This document shows, one piece after another, positions 11,101 to 20,900 of a DNA stretch of 64,000 bases. The notes below the pieces were generated by a model. It searched no databases and was not told where the DNA came from. It saw nothing but the letters and a program-made list of their open reading frames with translations. The position numbers were made by a program, and so were the translations under genes. The stretch is from contig JAFTWB010000002.1 of the NCBI GenBank assembly GCA_017465505.1, positions 263-64,262 of the forward strand, given 5' to 3'. The DNA is from Clostridia bacterium (GTDB lineage: Bacteria; Bacillota; Clostridia; Oscillospirales; Acutalibacteraceae). Numbering within the stretch: the first letter of the stretch is position 1; each line of letters opens with the position of its first letter.

Positions 11101-11846
11101 CACTGGCTTATACCTGAAGAATTGGTGTTTTCCCCGACTATAAGACCAAGGTCAACATAAGCACTTACCTTTTGAGCATTTTCAATTTCAGAAGGTCTGA
11201 GCTTTGAAACCGAGCCGATTATATAGTAGCTGTTTTCGGCGGCAATACCGCCGATTTTTGAATAATCGGAAAGCTTTTCGTTAAGAAGTATACGGCAGGT
11301 GTCTTCTACCGTCACGCTTTTAATTACGCCTTTATTTAAGACAACCGCAAAGCCTGCCTCTGCCTTTGTGCTCGTTGAAAAATCAAGAGTACATAAAGAG
11401 AAGGTGCAGTTTGTGATATTGGTCTGCTTGTTTGTTTCCAGGGCAATTACCGCACCTTTATCTGCGGCGGTGACGGTAATATCCTCAAACTTAATATTTC
11501 TTATGCTTGAGTCTGCAAGGCTTTCAAACATTGCACCGCTGAGCTTAAAGCCCTTTACACTGTGACCCTGACCGTCTATAACAAGGTTTTTTGCAGAAAT
11601 ACCCGAGGGGAAATCCCTGTGTTTAAGGTCAGCTGTAATATCTGCGTTAAGCTTGCAGTAAACCTTGGACTCAGCATTTTTATTTTCGGTTATAAAATTT
11701 ACAAACTCTTCTGCGTTATCAATAAGATACGGAAGATTCTTGGAGCCGTTTTCTCTGATGATGTCATTATCAGCGATTGCAGACACTGGAAGTGCCGAAA
11801 ACGCCAATAAAAACACCAGCACAAAGGCAAGTATTCTTTGTTTCAT
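5121..11846 (-). CDS. Giant secreted GLUG-motif/beta-helix-repeat protein (about 2241 aa) with tandem C-terminal domains
   Basis: ATG at 11846 with AGGAGG RBS; signal peptide; repeated GSGTxxxP(F/Y)xI, F.G.(F/L)DG..xxI and IGGLAG/VGGIAG motifs. No LPxTG, dockerin or TM anchor at the C-terminus. Confidence 0.8.
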   Translation of the reverse strand: MKQRILAFVLVFLLAFSALPVSAIADNDIIRENGSKNLPYLIDNAEEFVNFITENKNAESKVYCKLNADITADLKHRDFPSGISAKNLVIDGQGHSVKGFKLSGAMFESLADSSIRNIKFEDITVTAADKGAVIALETNKQTNITNCTFSLCTLDFSTSTKAEAGFAVVLNKGVIKSVTVEDTCRILLNEKLSDYSKIGGIAAENSYYIIGSVSKLRPSEIENAQKVSAYVDLGLIVGENTNSSGISQCVAVVDSTPTFGDNITFNPLCGYGNPGESCYYLQNSQVFTFDGEAFTKTFAELAVELNSKLMERNSIHTGDKEDYALLFKLNSNNEPEISIDGKEAWIKVLIDDNFYSTKETGKEIESVTFTCSDSNALSLKNDKNQVKEILTRVGYFDENGSYIRNTVTVEATCKRNFYSLKSVINQLSYGYMSGLQDVFADEGTNYAVKTFFTTVNTSTHSSKAEVAFSPCNSKITISSVSVNDQVDRYHFLGSGTEESPFEITGEDDLDVLRHYIEQSITYTDSQKKEHKYSTAHYILKNDITLSQGDFAPIGNYNSTYNLGFEGVFDGNFKSIYNYKYSDSTSYIGFFGLVKGTKENPAIIKNLNIINAEVLMEDGKGSQRGILAGTAINTVISGCTVSGTLEGTTQIGGLAGYISDSAVANCAVDVKLTSNYVHAWVGGIAGFAQRSKFINSYCLSEITAYSVVKPEYLSVGAIAGYAEDSKYMDCYHDSSARNGETSDAFKPSWGSGTQQKPRSTVKSDSDFLATLKKNADKYSFDSQWHKTAFFDSCPTPCTRQGLEYFVLPLSSNAGEITTDTKLQKAGSLITVNLSEGVKNISVTDLGANELDIEISLSADGTSATFTMPDRSIRIVPVGDKSAFAGSGTDQDPFVINNIDQLKAMVEAINSREKYNYYYISGDSVVKSEAFFYAAHFALGSDIEGSSALVDSIKEFNGDLDGNGHSISGITVNGSALFEFISNSTLKNIIIENVEINAGSSQYASVIATELGGYTTIMNATFRNISVNGGTYMGCVSGKYSREVSSSRVENCYFESIYSNAGKQGFIFGKAEAEIISSPLNVTSCIFADCSTEDNIGKRPPLSPDPIYVTISFTESFRDSEDVTDETLAEYSKRAEQNNDYALWGRDEQGRAFVAGGDNREVSYINLGVDAQDKAVFTDSHQIKLLDTSRLPEYASEGDKVTLYYYTHTSLVDFRILHNNMEIPYTTGEEADSEGYGEIVFTMPEGQVTLSNHYADTVLIIPGYGTEESPYLISSPEELKFIEKVNKDQVLQYRWYDESYVPYLSAYFKLENDIDMSGVPFGGLNSKEKAFEGTLDGAFYTIRNLHQNIGSINSDTYGLTPALGENGVIKNLYLDNAYTALHNYEGSVGVVAGVNRGIISKCMVKNSQLEIVNSGTSAYNYGAFITGYNTEGAVVNNCAVVNCYLKDYAANNFVNSIRSTVANRNEGIIVNTFAFNNEITDENGVAYGFVFENSGTVQNCYYYSEGNLSDSSGAKSMTKAQFKSGEVAFALNGNVTEEGVDWYQNIDNGKTPEDYPDFICNNDNYVYDVNLPSKPCSNYPLQEQLDKDFEGRFLIGCYEDLCVMSEGVNRGIPELAQGDYLVINSFDVAGKPLDPIGYKQTDPFKGTLDGQGYTISNVTVYGSYGYGIGLFGYSSGKIENLNLDGEFKVESRDERVLHNIDIGVLVGKALKQCEVNNIQVRVNLDLTEASFVYALGGVVGGVNSYYDSVKITKASSSNTYTFNDDLIVYYFGGILGNPHGAVNIDSCYVDLKDNPLNISISAGGIVGDGGLSDDDNISNSHVYGKFTNAQGSFGPVVGRIINDFSFTDNVYYLDTLKTGDNNHDKMGTPCTEAQFASGEVARLLNKEVEDGTQVWYQNLDNGKPVDIYPVFEGGTVYKNTKCSGELTGYSNTKIVDEHSFNNYNVCMKCIGLKEGKLSGIHSFRVGLGGRINVTYYMVLDEQVLNDPEAKLVFTVPQSGSTYTEEFLVSEAETQGKFYIFTCGVAAKEMTSEIKCQIVTSKDLEGENDVFTYSVKQYADYILDNADTYPDAVEVVKAMLNYGAYCQLHFDYRTDDLANASEHISEEEKVLKDCDLSHYQYTYSGYQEGVEYYGSSLVFKTGTDIKHYFYFNNPKDVETLNVTVKGEKVTPLPNGSYHYVRVEDIPVHNLHKPYEVCVGDLTLNYSALSYGYVILQTSDSETMKNVVKALYAYYTEAMAFRAKQ

Positions 11847-11897
11847 TAAGTTTCCTCCTTTCAGATAAAACACCAACCAGGTGTTTTTCAAGGGGCT

Positions 11898-11925
11898 CTG
11901 CACTGCTCTTTTCAGAGCAGTGCAG
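11898..11925. other. Strong intergenic stem-loop without a U-tract (possible mRNA stabiliser or processing site)
   Basis: CTGCACTGCTCT-tttc-AGAGCAGTGCAG between the two giant genes. Confidence 0.5.
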
Positions 11926-11933
11926 TTTAAGGT

Positions 11934-14900
11934 TTAGTTTTCACGTTTTTTCTTTAAAATAAGAACAATTACAACAGCAGCAGACATAACCATCACCGAT
12001 ACCGCCGCAATAACAAGCTGTCTGCTTTGACCTGTGAGGATTCCCTCAACTTTGGTATCCTCCAAGGCTTCTGAAGAAGTGAGCTGAGCAGACACCTCTG
12101 TGTTTTCAACTGTTGTGGCTTCAGTTATCTTAGGTGATGTAGTCTCTGTTGAAACTGTTGCTTCTTCTGTTGCTGTGGTTTCAACAGGATTTGTAGCAAC
12201 TGAAGTTGTGGGAATCATCAAATCATTTTCAGACTTTATTGCAAAAGCTTCCGATATATCGGCTACCTTGCGGTTAACATCAATACCGCTTGCACCGGCT
12301 GCAATAACAGAGCCTTTTTCAAGCTCCAGCACAGCATTTTCTGTGCTGAGGGTAACTACATTTGCAAGAGTAAGCTCATCTGCATTTTCTGCATAGAACA
12401 CCAAGTGCTTGTCACCGTAGATTTTGTGAGCTCTGAAAATTACCTCTTCGGTGTTCTCGATTCCCTGAGCTTTCACCTTAAGGGTGATACCCTCAATATT
12501 TTCTGTTATTACTTCAACAGGGTAAGAAACCACAATTGCTATATTTGAAAGGGTGTTGATATCGCCCTTTACAAGAGGCAGCATAACAATAGAGCTTGAT
12601 GTTACCCTCTTGGCTTTAAAGCGATTGATATCGTTAAGCTTTTGAGAGAGGGTCAGGGTGCGGTTTTCGCTGTAAAGTCTGCCTGTACCCAAGGGTACGA
12701 TTTCTTCTGTGGGAGTGAGCCAAATCTCTGTAACATCTGAGGAAACGCCCACTACAGCAGAGAACACGGCTGTGTTGCTGTCTTCAAGGCCTTCAAACTC
12801 AAGAGCTTTTTTAACAACACTTACAGTGCCGTCAGAGTTGATTATGTTTACAAAGGCTTCAAGAGTTGCTCCCTCAAAGGAAAGCTCTCGGATAATTTCG
12901 TTGTATTTAACGCTGACAACGGCCTTAACGTTCTCTTTATCAACCTTGTCAAGAGTTACATTTGTGCTGATCACCTGACCCTTAGAGGTGTTATCAATCA
13001 CAAGCTCGTTAACAGAGGAAATTCTTTCGGAAACACCGATACCGTTTTCCGTTGTTACGTAAGATAAGCTGTCTGAGAATCGCTCTGTGGCCTTAAAGGT
13101 TGTAACCACACCGTTTTCAAGGGTAAAGGGAGTTTCGGTTCTGAATCTGAGAACATTTTGCTGGGCAGAATCCAGGTAAAGTGCCAACTGTCTTTCTTCA
13201 TTTCCTTCTGTCATAACAAGAGCCGCAAACACGCCATCCTTTGACTCAACGTTAATGTTTTCGTCAAAGACAAGACTAAGCTCTGCGTGATAACCGCTGT
13301 CGCCGTTTTCTGACAAGGTGATTTCACCGCCCTTAGCCTGTACTCTTGAAATTTCAAGGGATGAAACTGTGAGAACAGAGGGGGTACACTCCTCTCCCCT
13401 TACGTCTGTCAATGTACCCTTAATTCCCAGAACATCAGAAGGAGTAAAGGTCTTGGAAATTTCGTTGTATTCAAGGGTTGCTTCTGAGGGCTCTGAGGAT
13501 TTATAGATAGCAATAGTGCTCTTTTTGTCGCCATTTACAAGCACCTCGCAAGACTCAAAACCGAGAGTTACAAAAGATTCTGCACTTGAGGAATATTTCT
13601 CGGTATTGGTTTTAAGGGTTACATAGGTGTTTTTAAGGCTTTCCTCAGTTAACTCAGAGGCAAATACTGCCTTTGCGTAAAGGGTTTCTGAGCTGTCGCT
13701 GTATGGGGTAATGCTTTCGATGTAAGCATTTGTATTAAAGCTTATCTCATCTGCTCCGATAAAGGGATTAACGGATATTTTTTCATTGCTTGTTACAACA
13801 AAGGTGTTGTTGTACTTATATTTGATTCTGTCACTGATTACAGAATACTGAACTCTGTCAGCCTGCGAAGTGTTGACAGTGATGTTGGTTCTGAACACCA
13901 GAGTTTTGCCGTCTTTAAGAACACTTTCTGCAAAAAGTTCAAGGTCACGGCTCGACTCAACATCATCCTTACAGGTTGTTTCTCTGAGGGTGATATAAGC
14001 ATTATTGGTTGCACCCTGAAGGTCAACAGCTTCGTTAAAGGTAATATAAACAGAGGGTCTGAAAGCAGAATCCGAAACACTCACGCTGATATCGGTTGAA
14101 ACAGCCTTTGCCTTGACGTAGGTAATATCAAGGTCGCTCTTCTCGTAAATGGTGGTGATATCATTGTCAAGATAATCGCCCTGTGCTGTTACGAGAACAT
14201 AATTTTCGCTGTTGAGAACGATACCGCTTTCAAAACTGAAGGTTTTTTCAAGCTCGTTTTCGTCAAGAGTCAGACTGTCTGCACGATAAAGAGCAACTCT
14301 GGGATCGTTGGTTATTCCCACATAATTAAACTCTACCGTCTTTTCTCTGCCCTTATGGTCAAGGGTTTTGTAAAGAAGCTTTGTACCCTCAAGACGTTCT
14401 GTGTCGGGAACGCTCATAAACTTAACCTGTACGCTCTTCTTTACACTGCCCTGACTCATCTGCGAATCATCACAAACAGAAACAGAGAGTATGCCTGACT
14501 CCTTAAGGATGTAAGAAACCAAGTCGTAATCAGGAATCTTTGTATCTGTGGGGTTTTTATTATCGTCCACAATAAAGCCTGAGGGAATCTGCTCATCTTC
14601 AAGGACATATTTCATAACATAGCCGGGGGTACTTTGCAGAGGTGCTGTAAACACAAGGGTGTTGTCTTTAATTTCAGAAGCGGTGAAGGTAACCTCCTGA
14701 CCTGTTGGCTCAAAGGTTTTGCCGTCGCCCTTAAGCTCCGTGAATTTAAGGGTGAGGTCATTAAGCTTCTTACCCTCTGCAAGAGCGATATCTTTGCTGA
14801 AAGTAAGAGTAAAGCTTGCCTGACGCTGACGTCCGTTTACAAGGGGAGCGTCAAGGGTTTCTTTGTAAGAGTTTACACTGATATAGGGTGTTACGTCAGC

Positions 14901-17900
14901 CTTGCTTCTGTCAATGCTGAAATCTGCTCTGTCCAGACTGAGCTTTTCGCCTTTTTCGAGGATAGCACGGATTTTAACGCTATACTCACCAAAGCCGTGG
15001 ATTTTGCCCTTATACAGTACCTTACCGAAATCGTTAAGCTCAGCTTTGGTGGAAACAACGCTCTTCTCCACTTCCTTGCCTGAGGTGTCGGTAAGGGTGA
15101 TTTCAAAGTCACCGCCATTTGTAAGCTTATCACCAATAATTTCAAGAGAATCGCCGTAGAACTTGAAGTTAATCTCACTTCCCTGCTCAGTTGTCTGAGC
15201 GAGAGTGTAGTTAACGGCATAGATATGATTCTGACCTGTAATGCTCCAGCCCTTGTCAACCAGAGTTTCCTTAAACTCTACAAACTCACGGTTGGCAATA
15301 CGGATATACAGGTACTTGTATACAGATGTATCTCTCAGGTGGATAATAGCCTTTATAACACCTGAATTGTCCTCAGGCAGTGAGATTGCCTTAAGCCTGA
15401 TGTTTCCGTCAGCAGGATTTTGGCTGATACTCAAACAGTCCGAGCCAATCTCATAAACACTGAGAAGAGATGTGTCTGCACAGGCACTGACAACGTCTGT
15501 ATTAAGAGAAATTTCATCTCCCAGCCTCATATTAAAGGTCAGTGTATCGCTGTGGGCGTTGCCGTTAAGCCTTAAGCCTTCGTCTGCAAAATCAGAAGAG
15601 TTTACACTGATTTCAGGAGGAACATTTCCTGTGCTTATACTTGTTTTATCATTGTCCGTTGTATACTGTCTGTCCTGTGCTTTCAGCTCAAAGCTGTAGT
15701 AAAGCTTGTTATCAACAAGATAAGAGGATACGTCGGTTTTATTTGTTACAGAAGCGATACTTCCCACCTCAAGCTTGGAGGGGTCAATGGAGTAAGCAAA
15801 AACAGTGCCTAAATACTCTCCGTCTGCCTCACCATCATAAGCCTTGCAGTAAAGCATAACTTCATTCTCAGGAGAAAGTGTACCGTAGCTTTCAACCTCA
15901 GCAGCAAAGGTCATTATACCCTCTGAGTCGATATCGGCTCTTACAGCCGAGAAAGCAAACTCAGTGCTGTTGCTGATTTCGTGATAGGTGATGTTTTCAA
16001 AGCTTTCATCGCTCTGAGCTTTAAGGTAGCTGTCGTTGTAGGAATGATACAGGGTGTCCATTCCGTCGGTAATTCGCACACCCAAAAGCAGATTGCCGCC
16101 TACATAATCTGCTACATCGTAAACCATATTTACGCTCATTCTGTCCCCTGCAAGAAGCATTCCTGTAAACTCCTGATACTTAATGCGGTTTGTTGTGCCT
16201 GTGTCAAGGTCGTAATAAACAAGCTCAATGTTCATTTCCTTAACAGAGGTGTCACCTGCGTTTACAATGTCGAAGGATACATCCACGGTTTCGTCCTTGA
16301 CAAAAACAGGATTAACCACACAGAAGCTGTCTACATCTATTTTTGTCTGAGGATTCTTGAAGGTCAGAGAGAACACATCGCTTCGTGCCGATTCTGAGGA
16401 GGGGTCAAGAGTGGGATAAACAATACCCTGAACCAGATTGCCGTTTTCGTCTACATATTCGTAGTCCGCATTGGCAAAGGCGTCAACAGAGGTGTCACCG
16501 TAAGCGTCAGTTGGCTCTGCACTGTACTTGTAGATGAAAGGCACATAGGAAGACCTTACACTGACGCTGATTTCTCCTCTCTTATTTACAAAGGCGTCAA
16601 AGGAGTCGAAATTAAGAGTTGCGGTGGGTTCAAAATCTTTAAAGGCGTTTTCGTCAAACACGTCAGAATATGTAAGACGAACAGGCTTTGTCCAGATGTT
16701 TTCAGAGCTGTCATAGGAAATATAGTAGAGTGAATCCTGATACTTGTCTGTTTCCTTGGCATACACCAGATTTACAGAGCCGTTTTCAGCAATTGCCACT
16801 ACATAATCTTCAAAATGCTCATCATAAAGAACTCCCACCTGAGCTTTATCCCCGGAAAGTGCCTGTTTGATTTTATCATAAGTAACATAGTTTATGCTTC
16901 TGTTGGTTGCATAGAAGAGGCAGGGCTCTGTCTGAGTATCACCTGCTGAAGCGTCAAGATCGCGGATGTTTGCTTTCTTCATATCCAGATGACCAAGGAT
17001 GATTTCCGAATAGAACTCATAGCTATTGGGGTTATAGTATTCTTCCGTAAGGAATTCATCGCTTAAGGAAGCTTCAAAATCTGCAATACTCTTGTCAAAG
17101 TCCATCACGGAGGCAACCGTAACACGCTTGTCGAAGGTGATACTGCCGTCATTTTCAAGCTTGCCGTTCTGCCAATAGACCTCTTTTAAAGTACCGGGCT
17201 GACCGCACATTACAGAGTAAGGCAGCTCCGCCTTATAGGAGAGGCAAAGGTTATCATCGTCTGCCATAATTGCAGAAATCTCAGTAATCTTATAGCCTGC
17301 CTTAAGCTCAGCCTCAGTGGGATTTGCATTTACAGCAGCACTTTCTGAAAGCACACCGTCCTTTAAGACTGCGTATCTGAGCTCGCTTCTGCCTGAATAA
17401 ATGGTGTCGTAAAGCTCTTTGGTTTTATCAATATCATCTCTGATACCTTCAACCCTTGAGTCGTTGTTGATGTTATAATCTGCATTTACATCTGTCTTCT
17501 TATCCACAACATAGAAAACAACACCGGCTTTCTTTGAGCCTTCAGCAACCGCAGGTATGCTCTCAAGCCTTGAGTTGGATTCAGTTTCGGGAATAACGGT
17601 GATGTTCTCCTTTAAGAATGTACCTGTGCCTTCATCAAAAAGTGCAAGCTTGACACACATACTGTTGAGAAGCACACCCAAATCGTCGGTATCTTCAAGA
17701 GCAAGAGGAGCAGTTGTGTCGGTATAATGAACTGTAACCGCACCGTTTTCTTTGATTTCAAGATGTGAAACCGTGCTGTCAGCGGCAATGAGCTGAGCAT
17801 AAAGTCTGCCCTGATTATCCTCGAAAACACAAAACTCGTTAATATAAGACTCGCTTTCTGTTACAGGCTTTGCCTCTTTACCGTCTACGGAGCAGTAAAT

Positions 17901-20900
17901 TCTGTAGGAACAGTTACCTGTTTCAGACTTTGTTATTGCGGCAAAGAAAGAATAAATCTTGCCGTTGTGATACACAGACTGAACGTTTGCGGTGGAGTCG
18001 ATATCTCCTGCCAGAAGCCTGATTTCCTTTTCACTGCCGTACTGACCCAGAGTGAAGTAATCGGGCTGGGTTAAGGAGGCTTTATTTGTACTGCTTGCAG
18101 TCAGCAGGGGGATATCCTGCTCTTTGCCTTCTTCAAGAGTACGCACACTCTGCCTTTTGTAGTTCCAGGTGTAGCTGTAACCAAGAGTACCCAATGTTAC
18201 GGAGTAATTCTTTTTAGTAACATTAAACTGCATATAGGCAGGGTCAAAACCAATTTTAAAGGGACCCAGAGTGAGCTTTACCGCTAAGGCAAGCTTAAAG
18301 TAAAAGCTTGTAAAGTCAATAACGTCGTAGCTGTCGTTATAGTTTTTGGGATTTGTAATTCTGATACTGTCAAGAATCAGGTATCTTCCCTCGTCAGAGT
18401 TTACGTGGTGCTCAATGGTAATCTTCATATTTACAGGAGAGCAGTTAAGGTAATCTCTCATATTGTAGGTATAAAGAGTTGCACCGTACTTGGTTTTTTC
18501 ACTGTAGGTATTTATATATGAATTATCAAGAATTTCACCTGTATCGCTGTTTTCAACGGTTACTTCCATTACTGCACCCAGCTTTGACGCAACACCTGTC
18601 AGCTGGATTCCCGTTGCAGAGGCTGTAATTACACAGCTCTGCCCTGCTTGAGTTGTTTTTGCAAGAGTTTCGCCGAAGCGATATTTTTCGTAGCCGACAA
18701 CCTCTTTTCCTCCCGGCTGTGAAGCTCCCTGATAGTCAAACTCCCAGCCCTCAGAGTAATTAAGCTTATAAAGCTTAGGATCTGACGAAGTCTTGGCCAA
18801 ATCCACCTCTGACTGAACAGGTTTAAACTTTGAAGTTGCCCAGGTTACTGACAGAGCCGTATCAAAGGAAATACCGCCCTCAATGGCAAGCACACCTGCA
18901 AAGCCCACACCTACAGTGCCGCTTACACCTACAGCTATGTTCATAGGCGCACCTGTGCTCAGTCCCTGATAATGGCTGACACCATTGCGGTCTACATAGT
19001 TGAGCACCTGAGTGTAGCCTGTACCGATAGAGCCTGTAAGCGAAGTGGTAATGCCGAAAAACACCATAGGTATGGTTGTGGGAATTGTGGCAGAAAAGCT
19101 GCCTGTGGCACTGCCTGTAAACATTATTTTTGAAAAAACATATCTGTGAGAAAGGGTATCGTAATTAAGCTGAAGATTCGCCTCACCTGAGAATCCTACA
19201 GTTATTCCCAGATATTTTGAGTTTGCACTTCCCTGCAAAGCTCTCACTGATTCATTGGTTACGCTGGAGCCGTCTGAAAATGCATAAGGAACGGCAGCAA
19301 TTGGTTTGGTTAATTTGTCGGGAGCATAGCTGAGCCTTGCAATAATGTTTATGGAGTCACTGCCCAGCTTTATGGAAACACCCGAGCCTGCACACCTTAT
19401 AAGACGCTTTCTTTCAGTTTCATAATCACTGGCGTTAACGGAGGCCCTTATGATTTTTGCACAGAACATTGTGATATTGGTGCAATCAATAGCGAGATTT
19501 GGCGAGCCCAGCAAAAGGCAGTTTTCACGATATGTGCAGAACTCCTGCTGAACATCCGAATAGGGTGTTTCACCCTCCTGAGCCGCTGACTGTGTGTCAA
19601 AGGCAGGAAGCTGAGGTGCTACATACTGCATATCGTTTGCACCCATAGCGGCAACCAAAGAACCTTTTTTGATTTTGGATAATTCCTCAGAGCTGCCCTC
19701 GGCGATTTCGGAAATTTCAAGGCACACACCGTCTTTGCCATCAAAAACAGTGGGATAGTAAGAGGAGAAGTTATTGCTTCCCTGATAGCAGAAGAAGGTG
19801 GGAATGTACATTCGGTACTTGAAGCCCTCATTGGAAAGCCCCATAAGCTTAACAAAGGGTTTGAAGACCTCTGTACTTACCCCTTGGGGAGTTTCAATAT
19901 TATCATACTTTGTAAATTCGCTGTTAAGATTATAAACCAGAACATCCTCAGCCTTACTTACCGTACGACCTCCTGTAAAGATGTATTCGAAAAGAAGCTG
20001 TTTTTCGGTTTCGTTTGTGGTGTCTTCGTTATAAACAGAAACCACAAAGTCCTTTTTGGCACAATCTGTGGCACCTGCCACATAGATATCGGAAATAGAA
20101 AAATCTACTGTGTAGTATGAAATATCGCTGTTATCGGGGCTGGTGTTGAAGTAAAGAGATTCAAAAGGAACTGTTCTGTCCAGATGGTTTGCAATATACT
20201 CCGTTAAGAACTCATCGTCGTTTTTGGTGCTGACAGAAACAGCTTCCAGACCAAGTGTGGGATGAACGTAAGTAGTTTCTTCGCTTAAAACATTAAACTG
20301 AAGGCGAGAGGAATTCTGTCGGCAGATTTCCTCTGAAATATCTGTGGAAGCAACGATTCTAGTATAATCCACATCGTAAAGATTGCTTGTAACAACCGCT
20401 CCGACGCCCATTGCACTGGGAGTAACACGGATAAAATCAAAGTCTGTAGACGGATACTGCAAGCTGTGATTTGTTCTGTTTATAACAGGCTGAGGTGTAA
20501 CCTCTTCGCCGTTAAGATAAAACTCAAGGACTCCGTCCAGCACATTCATAACTCTGCTTTCGTATTCACTGTCGGTTTCTCTGTTGCCGTTAGCAAGAGT
20601 TGCCTTTGTTGTGAGAGTGGGCACATCCTTGTAGAAAAGGTCCACGCTTTGCTTCAGGGAGTATCTTACGTCAAGATTCAAGCTGCCGCTGTATCTGGAA
20701 GAAATAAGCTTTGCTTCATCCTTGAGAATGCTTACGTGAGCCTCGGCTTCTTCACTGCTCATATAATACTGACTGCATAATGCATTTCTGTCATCGTTGA
20801 GAATAGTTTCCAGCTTGAATGTAAAGTTTGAGCCGTCAACCTTGGCACTTGTGTGTACAACACCGCTGTTGTCTGTAAAGAAAACATACTCGGGCACAGG

